DNA of 63,886 bases, filler included. It is 7 parts of 7 records of this genome, joined end to end, with 100 filler letters (N's around TTAATTAATTAA, not from the genome) between each part and the next. Parts side by side here need not be neighbours in the genome. Positions count along the whole stretch, not along the records: positions 10,544 to 30,069 come from SRR11831585_117; positions 30,170 to 35,747 come from SRR11831585_130; positions 35,848 to 39,255 come from SRR11831585_136; positions 39,356 to 59,254 come from SRR11831585_138; 3 more parts are not named here. One strand, 5' to 3'. A program made the position numbers and the translations under genes. The notes beneath the pieces were generated by a model. It made no database searches. It was not told the origin of the DNA and saw only the letters and a program-made list of their open reading frames with translations. Shown piece by piece: positions 27,286 to 42,350 of the stretch; within the stretch, counting starts at the first letter, position 1; the number at the start of each line of letters is the position of its first letter.

Positions 27286-28059
27286 TTATTTCAGCGATCC
27301 CTTAAGGAACCGTTGCAGACGAGGGCTTTGCGGGTTGCCAAATAACTGCTCCGGCGCGCCCTCTTCTTCTATTTTCCCCTGATGGAGGAAAATGACATGA
27401 GTAGAAACATGGCGAGCAAAGCCCATTTCGTGAGTCACTACCACCATGGTTTTCCCCTCTTCTGCCAGTTGCTGCATAATACGCAACACTTCGCCTACCA
27501 GTTCAGGATCGAGCGCCGAGGTAGGTTCATCAAACAGTAAAACTTCCGGTTCCATCGCCAGCGCCCGCGCGATAGAAACACGCTGTTGCTGACCGCCGGA
27601 AAGATGCACCGGATATTTCCCCTGCGCACGTTCGTCTATCCCGACTTTTGCCAGATACTTCACCGCCCGCTCGCGCGCTTCCTGCTTGCTCAGGCCCAAC
27701 ACCTGAATCGGCGCTTCCATGACGTTTTCCAGCACCGTCATATGGCTCCAGAGATTGAAGTGCTGGAATACCATCGTCAGGCGTGTGCGCAGTAAGCGCA
27801 GTTGATTTTTATCGGCGACTTTGAGTTGACCGTCTTTGTCGCGCACCAGATTGATCGTCTGGCCATTGACCACGATCGACCCTTCACTCGGTTTTTCGAG
27901 GAAGTTAATGCAGCGCAGAAAGGTACTTTTCCCCGATCCCGACGATCCGATGATGCTTATTACATCTCCGGCATTCGCTTGCAGTGATACCCCTTTCAGC
28001 ACTTCATGTTCGCCGTAGCGTTTGTGCAAATCGATAACGTTTAATTTATTCTCGGACAT
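27286..28059 (-). CDS. hisP: His/Lys/Arg/Orn ABC transporter ATPase
   Basis: 257 aa; [26 protein letters not shown]. Confidence 0.98.
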
Positions 28060-28066
28060 CGTATTC

Positions 28067-28783
28067 TCAGTGCGTTGAAGAAGGTTTCACATGCTGCAAC
28101 CAGCGTTTTTCCGCTCTGCGAAAGAGGCTGATCAGGACATAAGAGATGATTAAATAGAGCACCGCGGCAATGCCGAAGGCGGTAAAAGGTTGATACGTGG
28201 CGGCGTTAATATCGCGGGCTATTTTCAGCAGATCCGGCACCGTGGCAGTAAATGCCAACGCAGTAGAGTGCAGCATCAGGATCACTTCGTTGCTGTATGC
28301 CGGTAACGCAATACGCAGCGCAGAAGGCAAAATAATGCAGCGATACATTTTAAAAGTCGAGAAGCCATAGGCTCTGGCGGCTTCAATTTCCCCATGCGGA
28401 ACCGAACGGATTGCCCCAGCAAAAATCTCGGTAGTGTAAGCGCAGGTGTTAAGCGTCAGCGCCAGCACGGTACAGTTCAGGCCACTGCGGAAGAAAGCGT
28501 TAAGGAATTCGGTTCCCTTAACAATCTCAAGCGTGTACATGCCGGAATAGAACACCAGCAACTGAACATACAGCGGCGTACCGCGAAAAATATAGGTAAA
28601 TAACCAGATTGGAAACTGGATGTATTTATTACTGGAGACACGACCAATCGCCAGAAACAGCGCCAGGACTCCGCCTATCACTACCGACAAAATAAGCAGC
28701 CACAGAGTGATCGCCACACCAGTAAAGCGATAACCGTCGGTCCACAGCAGCGGTTTCCAGTATTCATGTAAGATTTCGATCAC
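28067..28783 (-). CDS. hisM: His/LAO ABC transporter permease
   Basis: 238 aa; RGTP and EAA motifs. Confidence 0.97.
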   Translation of the reverse strand: MIEILHEYWKPLLWTDGYRFTGVAITLWLLILSVVIGGVLALFLAIGRVSSNKYIQFPIWLFTYIFRGTPLYVQLLVFYSGMYTLEIVKGTEFLNAFFRSGLNCTVLALTLNTCAYTTEIFAGAIRSVPHGEIEAARAYGFSTFKMYRCIILPSALRIALPAYSNEVILMLHSTALAFTATVPDLLKIARDINAATYQPFTAFGIAAVLYLIISYVLISLFRRAEKRWLQHVKPSSTH

Positions 28784-29466
28784 AGGTCAGCCCTCTTCAC
28801 ACCCACGGAGTAGCGGCGCTCAAGGAACAGCAGCACACCATTGGAAACAGTGGTGAAAACCAGGTAAATCACGCCACAGACGATGGCGAAATAGAACGGT
28901 TCCCAGGTACTTTTGCCTGCCAGTTGGGTGGCTTTGACCACATCTTCCAGGCCGAGTAACGAAACCAGTGCGGTAGATTTGAGGATCACCTGCCAGTTGT
29001 TGCCAATGCCTGGCAGGGCGTAACGCATCATCGACGGAAACATGATCCGCCGAAACACTTGCCCACGAGTAAAACCGAACGCCGTCGCCGCCTCTATATG
29101 TCCTTTCGGCACTGCCATAAAAGCACCACGGAACGTTTCGGTAAAATAAGCACCGTAGATAAAACCGAGAGTGATAATACCAGCGACCATCGGATCGATA
29201 TCAATCTGCCCGACGCCCATCGCCTCCGTCACCGTGTTTAGCGCAATCTGCAAACCGTAGAAAATCAGCAGCATCAACACTAAGTCCGGCACGCCACGAA
29301 TCAGCGTGGTGTACCCTTCGAAAATCAGCCCCGAAAGCCGATTTTGCGAGAGCTTACCGCCAGCGCCAATTAAACCGATGATTACAGCGAGCACTACAGA
29401 GCTGATAGCCAGCTCCAGCGTGACGAGCGCACCCTGTAAAATAACACCTGAAAACCCATACAACAT
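28780..29466 (-). CDS. hisQ: His/LAO ABC transporter permease
   Basis: 228 aa; RGVP and EAA motifs; 4-nt overlap with hisM. Confidence 0.97.
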   Translation of the reverse strand: MLYGFSGVILQGALVTLELAISSVVLAVIIGLIGAGGKLSQNRLSGLIFEGYTTLIRGVPDLVLMLLIFYGLQIALNTVTEAMGVGQIDIDPMVAGIITLGFIYGAYFTETFRGAFMAVPKGHIEAATAFGFTRGQVFRRIMFPSMMRYALPGIGNNWQVILKSTALVSLLGLEDVVKATQLAGKSTWEPFYFAIVCGVIYLVFTTVSNGVLLFLERRYSVGVKRADL

Positions 29467-29555
29467 GCTGCCTGTCCTGTCGTGTGTGGTGAATTACCGC
29501 CTCTTGTCTCCCTCCGGTTACCCGAAGGGAGCGGGCTTTCTTTCACCGATGGCGA

Positions 29556-30069
29556 TTAGCCACCATAAACATCAAAATCGAAGTACTTTTTCGCTAATTT
29601 CTCGTAAGTACCGTCAGCGCGCATTTCGGCAAAGGCTTTGTTCAGTGCTTCGCGCAGTTCGTTATCTTCTTTACGCAGGCCCATGCCGGTCCCTACGCCA
29701 AACAGTTTTTCATCTTTAACAGACGGGCCACCGAATTTGTAATCTTTACCGACAGGTTGTTTGAGGAAACCTTCGCTGGCAGCGACCTCATCCTGGAACG
29801 CGGCATCAATACGTCCGGCAGTCAGGTCAGAATAAATGTTGTCCTGCCCCTGATACGAGACGATTTCAATGCCTTTTGGTGCCCAATGTTCATTACCGAA
29901 CGTCTCCTGGGTGGTGCCCTGCAATACGCCTACCCGTTTGCCTTTCAGCGACTCGACTGTCGGCTGAATGTCAGAATTTTTCGCCACCACCAAACGAGAA
30001 TCGGCAGCGTACAGTTTGTCGGTGAAGGCTATTTCTTGCTGACGTTTTTCCGTAATGGAAAGCGATGAC
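29556..30069 (-). CDS. hisJ: Histidine-binding periplasmic protein, 5'-truncated
   Basis: GVLQGTTQE ... [10 protein letters not shown]; directly upstream of hisQ; frame open to contig end. Confidence 0.93.
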
Positions 30070-30169
30070 NNNNNNNNNNNNNNNNNNNNNNNNNNNNNNN
30101 NNNNNNNNNNNNNTTAATTAATTAANNNNNNNNNNNNNNNNNNNNNNNNNNNNNNNNNNNNNNNNNNNN
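30070..30169. other. Artificial contig spacer
   Basis: N44-TTAATTAATTAA-N44. Confidence 0.99.
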
Positions 30170-30768
30170 AAGCAATAAAAAATGGTGTCGCGATTGGCGC
30201 TCACCCGAGTTTTCCCGACAGGGAAAATTTTGGTCGCAGCGCCATGCAGCTGCCGCCAGAAACCGTTTACGCCCAGACGCTGTATCAAATTGGCGCGCTG
30301 GCAACGATTGCCCGTGCGCAAGGCGGCGTAATGCGTCATGTCAAACCGCACGGCATGTTGTACAACCAGGCGGCGAAAGAAGCACAACTGGCAGACGCCA
30401 TCGCCAGAGCGGTATACGCTTGCGATCCAGCATTGATTCTCGTCGGGCTGGCGGGAAGCGAGCTGATTCGTGCAGGCAAGCAATATGGTCTGACAACGCG
30501 CGAGGAAGTGTTTGCCGATCGCGGTTATCAGGCTGACGGCTCGCTGGTGCCGCGAAGCCAGTCAGGCGCGTTGATTGAAAACGAAGAACAGGCGCTGGCG
30601 CAAACGCTGGAGATGGTGCAACACGGCAGAGTCAAAAGTATCACCGGCGAATGGGCAACGGTCGCGGCGCAAACGGTCTGCCTGCATGGCGACGGCGAGC
30701 ACGCACTGGCGTTCGCCCGCCGACTACGCTCTGCATTTGCCGAAAAGGGGATTGTTGTCGCAGCATAA
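30170..30768 (+). CDS. pxpA: 5-oxoprolinase subunit A (LamB/YcsF family, YbgL), 5'-truncated
   Basis: [35 protein letters not shown]. Confidence 0.94.
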
Positions 30769-30803
30769 CCCCGATTAATAAAGAATGAAAAAAGGATATC
30801 ACC

Positions 30804-31595
30804 ATGCCTGAAGGCCCGGAGATCCGCCGTGCAGCGGATAACCTGGAGGCGGCGATCAAAGGCAAACCACTAACTGATGTCTGGTTTGCCTTCCCGCAGT
30901 TAAAACCTTATCAATCACAACTTATCGGTCAACACGTTACCCATGTGGAAACGCGTGGTAAGGCGTTGTTAACTCATTTTTCCAACGACTTAACGCTCTA
31001 CAGCCATAATCAGCTTTACGGCGTCTGGCGCGTGGTTGATACCGGCGAAGAGCCGCAGACCACGCGAGTATTGCGGGTAAAACTGCAAACGGCTGACAAA
31101 ACCATTCTGCTTTATAGCGCCTCGGATATTGAGATGTTGACCCCGGAACAACTGACCACGCATCCGTTTTTACAACGCGTTGGTCCCGATGTGCTGGATC
31201 CGAATCTGACGCCGGAGGTGGTGAAAGAACGATTATTGTCGCCGCGCTTTCGTAACCGTCAGTTTGCTGGATTACTGCTCGATCAGGCGTTTCTGGCTGG
31301 GCTTGGCAATTATTTGCGGGTGGAGATCCTCTGGCAGGTTGGGTTGACTGGAAATCATAAAGCGAAAGATCTCAATGCGGCGCAACTGGATGCACTCGCA
31401 CACGCGTTACTGGAGATTCCTCGATTTTCCTACGCTACGCGGGGGCAGGTGGATGAGAATAAGCATCATGGGGCGCTGTTTCGCTTTAAGGTTTTTCATC
31501 GAGATGGCGAACCGTGCGAACGTTGTGGCAGCATCATTGAGAAAACCACGCTGTCATCTCGCCCGTTTTACTGGTGCCCTGGCTGCCAGCACTAG
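30804..31595 (+). CDS. nei: Endonuclease VIII DNA glycosylase
   Basis: 263 aa; N-terminal PEGPE, H2TH GLGNYL, C4 zinc finger. Confidence 0.98.
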
Positions 31596-32638
31596 GCCGA
31601 CCGCTTCGGCGCATAGGTTGAAATAAACCGCGCAATGGCAGGCCCTGTCAGCAAAATACTGAACAGGCGTAGGGTTTGCATCGCCATAATGAGCGCCATA
31701 TCGGCATTGCTCCCTGCGGCGATGACCGCCACGGTATCAAGCCCGCCGGGGCTGGTGGCGAGGTAGGCAGTCATAAAATCAATGTGCATAAACCGGGTCA
31801 GCCCCCACGCCATACCCGCACAAATAGCCAGCAGAGCAAAAATCGACAGCAGGATTTGCGGTAGCGGGCGTAGTGCCCGCAGTAAGATTTGTTTATCGAA
31901 ACCAAGACCAATCCGCCAGCCAATTGCCATATACGCCATCGCCAGCAGCCATTCCGGTAGTTCGATGGTGATGAGCTGACCAGACTGGAGCACTGCGCCC
32001 GCCAGCATCGGGATGAGCATCGTGCCGGAAGGAAGACGCAGCAGGCATCCCACTGTACCGGCAACGACCGCGAGCAAAATAGTAAGCAGGAGATTAATGC
32101 TCACTGGCGGGAACCAGACGATATGCTGGTTAACCGCTTCAGCGTTATCGCCCAGCATCATGCGGGTGACCAGAACAGCGGCCCCCGCGACGAACAGCAC
32201 TCGCAGATATTGCATAAACGCCACCAGGCGAATATCTGCGCCGTAATCTTGCGCCATAGCGACCATTGCCGCCGCGCCGCCAGGAGAGGAGCCCCAGGCA
32301 CCGGTATTTCCAGGCAATGAGCTATAGCGCACCAATAACCAACCCACAATGGCGCTGGAAAGCAGCGTTACCAGTAAAATTGCAAGCACGATCGGCCAGT
32401 TGACGGCCAGGGTGGTGAGAATCGAACCAGTGAGGTTTTGCGCAATCATGCAGCCAAGAATGGCCTGGGCGGCGAGAAAAGCAGAGCGGGGAAGTTGCAG
32501 AGTAATTCCGCGCATACTAAAGATGATCCCGGCGATCATCGGCCCAAGTAATAGCGCCGCCGGGAGATGTACCGCGAGGAAACCAATAGAAAGGAGAAGT
32601 GATAGCACACATAACATTCCCCACTGCAAAACTGGCAT
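31592..32638 (-). CDS. abrB: AbrB family membrane protein
   Basis: Start at MPVLQW (348 aa); two SPGG repeats. Confidence 0.9.
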
Positions 32639-32789
32639 CCTTCGCTCCCTCATTATTTTCTCTTTGGTGTATCGATACAGCATAAAGAAAGCTGGGCCAG
32701 GAAAAAATAACAGCAATCAAGGAAAAGGGGAAAATCAGCAATTTTCTGAAAGAGATGCCCTTTCCGGCGGCAAAGGGCATCATGGTAAA

Positions 32790-33851
32790 TCAGTTATAGT
32801 TAATCTTAAAAAGCACCACTGTATCGAAGGGGCCAGCCTCGATGGGGGTGCCTGGAATGGACGAAAGTTCAGCCGTATAGGTTTTTTCGTAGACCAACAT
32901 GTCACTGGTGAAATCGGCGTATTCAGCATATTTATTGAAGGTATAAGGCGAGGCGTTTTCATCCAGTAAACGTAGCTTCAGACCATTACCAATCAACAAT
33001 GCTTTATCTTCTTCAACCAACGTTTCTTCGGTATAAAAGGAGGAACTGACTTTAAATCCGTCGGTGCATTGATCGTTTTGGCTCTTGGTCGTTTTAATAC
33101 TGAACGTTTTCGACATTGTGTGGCGACGTATATCCAGCAAATTAAATTTACCAAAATCAATCACCTGTGTTTCCGGTGAAATGGAAAAATTGACGCTGCA
33201 ATCCAGCACGCGAATGTTTTCCAGACCAGTAATATGATATTTCAGGTTTTGGGCAGTAGGGTCTTCGTTAACGCTACCGGCACCGTCAAATTGCACGACG
33301 ATATAGTCGCTAAGCGTACTTTGATAATCATGCGGCGGCATTTCTCGTATTTTGACGTATAACCGCATGCGAGCGAGAAAGGTACGCGACATATGAATAT
33401 TAGCGGGATCGCCCGAGCAAATTTTGTTCTGCCATCCCATCGCGATGATCTGCTCAGGGGTATAAATATCAATGTTCTTACTGTCGATACACTGGTTAGT
33501 GTCGATGCGACTTTTTCCCAGACTGGCATCGTAATCGACACCGTTGTATGTCACGCCGAGTTGATAATAACGATCCTGCACCCCCGGATAGGGGTTTACC
33601 CAGGCGTAGACATGCTCGCTTTCAAAGTTGCCGTTGGTATTGTTGTCACAATAGACGGGAATTTTAATATCGTCAGATTCCCAGATCTTATCACCGGGTT
33701 TGGCATTGCCTGGTACAGCAAACGGTTGAATCGCTTCTGATTTTTCTACTGCGCCACCAGATGTACCAAAATAGCAGTTCAGCGCCATTGCAGACTTCAA
33801 CGGCAGAAATAACAGGCAGATGACGAGCAACAATCCCTTGCCAGCACTCAT
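32790..33851 (-). CDS. ybgO: Fimbrial adhesin-like protein
   Basis: Start at MSAGKG (353 aa); signal peptide, C-terminal pilin fold ending FKINYN. Confidence 0.92.
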   Translation of the reverse strand: MSAGKGLLLVICLLFLPLKSAMALNCYFGTSGGAVEKSEAIQPFAVPGNAKPGDKIWESDDIKIPVYCDNNTNGNFESEHVYAWVNPYPGVQDRYYQLGVTYNGVDYDASLGKSRIDTNQCIDSKNIDIYTPEQIIAMGWQNKICSGDPANIHMSRTFLARMRLYVKIREMPPHDYQSTLSDYIVVQFDGAGSVNEDPTAQNLKYHITGLENIRVLDCSVNFSISPETQVIDFGKFNLLDIRRHTMSKTFSIKTTKSQNDQCTDGFKVSSSFYTEETLVEEDKALLIGNGLKLRLLDENASPYTFNKYAEYADFTSDMLVYEKTYTAELSSIPGTPIEAGPFDTVVLFKINYN

Positions 33852-34576
33852 TTCGCCTCCACTGCTTGTAAACGGCATTGTCCGCTGCAGTTGAGCGTCG
33901 TCATGCGTAATGCGCCGTAATCATCCATGTAACCGAGATAAAACTGGCTGCCGCTATAACTTCCGGTGTTTGTGTTGACCGTACTAAAAGGTGCAACCAT
34001 CACGGTTTTGAAGCCTGGGAGAACGCCTTTTTCATTTCTCCCCAGATAGGCAATGGTCAGATAATACGCGGTAGGATTTTTCAGTGTCAGTTGGTTGCCC
34101 TGCTGGCTGACCTGTAACTGCAGTTCGACCTTTTCTCCTGCTTTCTTGCGTAATGCAGCCGGTCGCCAGAACAATTTAATACGACTTTGAATAGCGACCT
34201 GAAGTATCGCATGGTCGCTGCTTTTATCCGGAGCGGGAGGAATTTCGCGCATATTGTAGAAAAATAGCGTTTCGCGATCGCCAGGTAATTGTGTGGTTGA
34301 GGCTTGTTTCACAACCCGCACCTGCGATGTCGCTTTCGGTTCCAGACGTTGAATAGGGGGCAAAGCGACCAGAAGAGCATCGCTTTTCTCCCCTTTTTCA
34401 TTTTCTATCCAGGAATAAGCAAGATAAGGCAGTTTGTCACTTTGGTTTTCGATACGCAGGCTGGTGGCTTTGTCATTGGCGTTAAACACAATGCGTGTGC
34501 GATCGGGTTGCACCGCAGCATTGCAACCCAAGCTGATGGTTAACAACATTAAGGGTAATCCTTTAATAAATGTCAT
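33848..34576 (-). CDS. ybgP: Fimbrial periplasmic chaperone (PapD family)
   Basis: Start at MTFIKG (242 aa); RTRIVF, DRETLF, IKLFWRP, NPTAYY. Confidence 0.94.
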   Translation of the reverse strand: MTFIKGLPLMLLTISLGCNAAVQPDRTRIVFNANDKATSLRIENQSDKLPYLAYSWIENEKGEKSDALLVALPPIQRLEPKATSQVRVVKQASTTQLPGDRETLFFYNMREIPPAPDKSSDHAILQVAIQSRIKLFWRPAALRKKAGEKVELQLQVSQQGNQLTLKNPTAYYLTIAYLGRNEKGVLPGFKTVMVAPFSTVNTNTGSYSGSQFYLGYMDDYGALRMTTLNCSGQCRLQAVEAK

Positions 34577-34590
34577 TCTCTTTTCCTTAA

Positions 34591-35747
34591 TTAATGACAA
34601 GGTAAAATCAGGCGTTTGGTCGTGTCTTCCAGACGTTCTGGCAGATGAATAATGCAGCTTTGCTCACCCCAGACCACGGTAAACAGTTGATTTTCAGCGA
34701 CACCGCTTAACCAGGCATGTCCTTCCTCGCCAACCATACCCACGCTAATGCCGCTGTCATCCTGGCGGATATCCGCACCGAGGGGAGGGAACTGACCGCT
34801 GGCGTTGCGTATGATGACGTTAACGTCTTTACCGGAACGGAAGCCAGTGATTTGTAACCTATCGCGCCTTCAATCCATGTTTCCTTGATGACGTTTTCTG
34901 CAACTGTTACGCCGTCGGGTAAGTCATTCATGTTCACCGCCACGGTGGAAGGCTGGTAACTGGAAATCAACGGCACCACCGCAATGCCAAAATGGTTGGT
35001 GTAGTCGAGATTGCCCTGAACCGGAATATCTGCCACGCCATCGGTGCTGACCATCAGGCGTGGTTCATTGGTGGAGCTGCGGCGATGAAATGCTGCACCA
35101 TATTGGGTTGCGGTGAAAGAACCGCTCCAGCTGCTGCTGACGGAACTGTAATCACTGGCGGCATAGGTACCAGAAATATCCCACTCACCCGCTGAACTCA
35201 GGTGCTGATAGTTACCGCTCACCTGGGCTCCATTGTCCGGACGATCGGATTGCAGTCCGGCAGACATGCCCCAGCTATTACGTTCATCCAGCGTATCGTT
35301 CCACGACATGCGGTGTATGGTGCTGTGGCTACTGTTTTGCATGTCATAGCCAACCCGACCACCGTTACCGAAGGGGAGCGAAATCGACAGATAAATCTGG
35401 TTGTCGCGATCTTTATCTTCGTAGTGGGTCGTATTGAATGACGTCGAAATCGAGATATCTCTCCAGTCACCAATATCAACATTAAAACCTGCTGTGATGT
35501 TGGCGGTCGTGGAGGCGTCTGCATTCCACCAGGTTTGATGTAGCAGGTTGGCGTAAAGATTGAGGTTTAGTGGGGTAATCGGTTGGCCCACGGATAAGCT
35601 GATCGTCTGTTTTTCGTCCTGCGCATCGCTGTCGTTGTATTTGTGATCCAGATAGTTGGCGTAGCTGTGAAAATGACGATCTGAGAAGCGATAAGCGGCG
35701 AGCGAAATCGTGCTGTTGGTGGCATCCACTTGTTTGCTGTAATTAAA
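34591..35747 (-). pseudogene. ybgQ: Fimbrial usher, 5'-truncated, with -1 frameshift near 34840
   Basis: Usher sequence; the natural C-terminus (PPLGADI...GMVGEEGHAWL...LILPCH*) lies in another frame after YKSLAS. Confidence 0.88.
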
Positions 35748-35847
35748 NNNNNNNNNNNNNNNNNNNNNNNNNNNNNNNNNNNNNNNNNNNNTTAATTAAT
35801 TAANNNNNNNNNNNNNNNNNNNNNNNNNNNNNNNNNNNNNNNNNNNN
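35748..35847. other. Artificial contig spacer
   Basis: N44-TTAATTAATTAA-N44. Confidence 0.99.
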
Positions 35848-39222
<3,375 letters not shown>

Positions 39223-39255
39223 TGCTCGTGTCCATTCAGACACAGCAACACTGCG

Positions 39256-39355
39256 NNNNNNNNNNNNNNNNNNNNNNNNNNNNNNNNNNNNNNNNNNNNT
39301 TAATTAATTAANNNNNNNNNNNNNNNNNNNNNNNNNNNNNNNNNNNNNNNNNNNN
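39256..39355. other. Artificial contig spacer
   Basis: N44-TTAATTAATTAA-N44. Confidence 0.99.
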
Positions 39356-39717
39356 TCCTCAATATTCCGGCAGTTAACGGCGTCAGCAAAATTATCTCCC
39401 TGACGGCAGATACCCTCACCGTTGAGCGCGAACTGGAAGATGAAACCGAAACCTTAAGCATTCCGCTGCCTGCGGTTGTTGCTGTTTCCACTGATATCAA
39501 CTCCCCACAAATTCCTTCGATGAAAGCCATTCTCGGCGCGGCGAAAAAGCCCGTCCAGGTATGGTCGGCGGCGGATATTGGTTTTAACGCAGAGGCAGCC
39601 TGGTCAGAACAACAGGTTGCCGCGCCGAAACAGCGCGAACGTCAGCGCATCGTGATTGAAGGCGACGGCGAAGAACAGATCGCCGCATTTGCTGAAAATC
39701 TTCGCAAAGTCATTTAA
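39356..39717 (+). CDS. fixA: Electron transfer flavoprotein beta-like FixA, 5'-truncated
   Basis: VERELE...[29 protein letters not shown]; upstream of fixB. Confidence 0.92.
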
Positions 39718-39731
39718 TTACAGGGGATGCT

Positions 39732-40673
39732 ATGAACACGTTTTCTCAAGTCTGGGTATTCAGCGATACCCCTTCTCGTCTGCCGGAACTGATGAACGGT
39801 GCGCAGGCTTTAGCTAATCAAATCAACACCTTTGTCCTCAATGATGCCGACGGCGCACAGGCAATCCAGCTCGGCGCTAATCATGTCTGGAAATTAAACG
39901 GCAAACCGGACGATCGGATGATCGAAGATTACGCCGGTGTCATGGCTGACACTATTCGCCAGCACGGCGCAGACGGCCTGGTGCTGCTGCCAAACACCCG
40001 TCGCGGCAAATTACTGGCGGCAAAACTGGGTTATCGCCTTAAAGCGGCGGTGTCTAACGATGCCAGCACCGTCAGCGTACAGGACGGTAAAGCGACAGTG
40101 AAACACATGGTTTACGGTGGTCTGGCGATTGGCGAAGAACGCATTGCCACGCCGTATGCGGTACTGACCATCAGCAGCGGCACGTTCGATGCGGCTCAGC
40201 CAGACGCGTCACGCACTGGCGAAACGCACACCGTGGAGTGGCAGGCTCCGGCTGTGGCGATTACCCGCACGGCAACCCAGGCGCGCCAGAGCAACAGCGT
40301 CGATCTCGACAAAGCCCGTCTGGTGGTCAGCGTCGGTCGCGGTATTGGCAGCAAAGAGAACATTGCGCTGGCAGAACAGCTTTGCAAGGCGATAGGTGCG
40401 GAGTTGGCCTGTTCTCGTCCGGTGGCGGAAAACGAAAAATGGATGGAGCACGAACGCTATGTCGGTATCTCCAACCTGATGCTGAAACCTGAACTGTACC
40501 TGGCGGTGGGGATCTCCGGGCAGATCCAGCACATGGTTGGCGCTAACGCGTCGCAAACCATTTTCGCCATCAATAAAGATAAAAATGCGCCGATCTTCCA
40601 GTACGCGGATTACGGCATTGTTGGCGACGCCGTGAAGATCCTTCCGGCGCTGACCGCAGCTTTAGCGCGTTGA
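39732..40673 (+). CDS. fixB: ETF alpha-like FixB
   Basis: 313 aa; [23 protein letters not shown]. Confidence 0.97.
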
Positions 40674-40723
40674 TCCACTCTGGCAGGGCTGCATTTTGGC
40701 CCTGCCGCTGACAGGGAGCTCTT

Positions 40724-42010
40724 ATGTCCGAAGATATCTTTGACGCCATCATCGTCGGTGCAGGGCTTGCCGGTTCGGTTGCCGCACTGGTGCTCGCCCG
40801 CGAAGGTGCGCAAGTGTTAGTTATCGAGCGTGGCAATTCCGCAGGTGCCAAGAACGTCACCGGCGGGCGTCTCTATGCCCACAGTCTGGAACACATTATT
40901 CCTGGTTTCGCCGACTCCGCCCCCGTAGAACGCCTGATCACCCATGAAAAACTCGCGTTTATGACGGAAAAGTCAGCGATGACTATGGACTACTGCAATG
41001 GTGACGAAACCTCGCCATCCCAGCGTTCTTACTCCGTTTTGCGCAGTAAATTTGATGCCTGGCTGATGGAGCAGGCCGAAGAAGCGGGCGCGCAGTTAAT
41101 TACCGGGATCCGCGTCGATAACCTCGTACAGCGCGATGGCAAAGTCGTCGGTGTAGAAGCCGATGGCGATGTGATTGAAGCGAAAACGGTGATCCTTGCT
41201 GATGGGGTGAACTCCATCCTTGCCGAAAAATTGGGGATGGCAAAACGCGTCAAACCGACGGATGTGGCGGTTGGCGTGAAGGAACTGATCGAGTTACCGA
41301 AGTCGGTTATTGAAGACCGTTTTCAGTTGCAGGGTAATCAGGGGGCGGCTTGCCTGTTTGCGGGATCACCCACCGATGGCCTGATGGGCGGCGGCTTCCT
41401 TTATACCAATGAAAACACCCTGTCGCTGGGGCTGGTTTGTGGTTTGCATCATCTGCATGACGCGAAAAAATCGGTGCCGCAAATGCTGGAAGATTTCAAA
41501 CAGCATCCGGCCGTTGCACCGCTGATCGCGGGCGGCAAGCTGGTGGAATATTCCGCTCACGTAGTGCCGGAAGCAGGCATCAACATGCTGCCGGAGTTGG
41601 TTGGTGACGGCGTATTGATTGCCGGTGATGCCGCCGGAATGTGTATGAACCTCGGTTTTACCATTCGCGGTATGGATCTGGCGATTGCCGCCGGGGAAGC
41701 CGCAGCAAAAACCGTGCTTTCAGCGATGAAAAGCGACGATTTCAGTAAGCAAAAACTGGCGGAATATCGTCAGCATCTTGAGAGTGGTCCGCTGCGCGAT
41801 ATGCGTATGTACCAGAAACTACCGGCGTTCCTTGATAACCCACGCATGTTTAGCGGCTACCCGGAGCTGGCGGTGGGTGTGGCGCGTGACCTGTTCACCA
41901 TTGATGGCAGCGCGCCGGAACTGATGCGCAAGAAAATCCTCCGCCACGGCAAGAAAGTGGGCTTCATCAATCTAATCAAGGATGGCATGAAAGGAGTGAC
42001 CGTTTTATGA
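40724..42010 (+). CDS. fixC: FAD-dependent oxidoreductase FixC
   Basis: 428 aa; GAGLAG, GAKNVTGG, AGDAAG. Confidence 0.97.
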   Translation: MSEDIFDAIIVGAGLAGSVAALVLAREGAQVLVIERGNSAGAKNVTGGRLYAHSLEHIIPGFADSAPVERLITHEKLAFMTEKSAMTMDYCNGDETSPSQRSYSVLRSKFDAWLMEQAEEAGAQLITGIRVDNLVQRDGKVVGVEADGDVIEAKTVILADGVNSILAEKLGMAKRVKPTDVAVGVKELIELPKSVIEDRFQLQGNQGAACLFAGSPTDGLMGGGFLYTNENTLSLGLVCGLHHLHDAKKSVPQMLEDFKQHPAVAPLIAGGKLVEYSAHVVPEAGINMLPELVGDGVLIAGDAAGMCMNLGFTIRGMDLAIAAGEAAAKTVLSAMKSDDFSKQKLAEYRQHLESGPLRDMRMYQKLPAFLDNPRMFSGYPELAVGVARDLFTIDGSAPELMRKKILRHGKKVGFINLIKDGMKGVTVL

Positions 42011-42294
42011 CTTCTCCCGTCAATGTGGACGTCAAACTGGGCGTCAATAAATTCAATGTCGATGAAGAGCATCCGCACATTGTTGTGAAGGCCGATGCTG
42101 ATAAACAGGCGCTGGAGCTGCTGGTGAAAGCGTGCCCCGCAGGTCTGTACAAGAAGCAGGATGACGGCAGTGTGCGCTTCGATTACGCCGGATGTCTGGA
42201 GTGCGGCACCTGTCGCATTCTGGGGCTGGGGTCGGCGCTGGAACAGTGGGAATACCCGCGCGGCACCTTTGGTGTGGAGTTCCGTTACGGCTGA
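42007..42294 (+). CDS. fixX: Ferredoxin-like FixX
   Basis: 95 aa; CPA, CLECGTC. Confidence 0.96.
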   Translation: MTSPVNVDVKLGVNKFNVDEEHPHIVVKADADKQALELLVKACPAGLYKKQDDGSVRFDYAGCLECGTCRILGLGSALEQWEYPRGTFGVEFRYG

Positions 42295-42350
42295 TGTTGG
42301 TTTGATACGTAACGCCGCACTGACTCTCATTGCAAAAAACAGGAATAACC

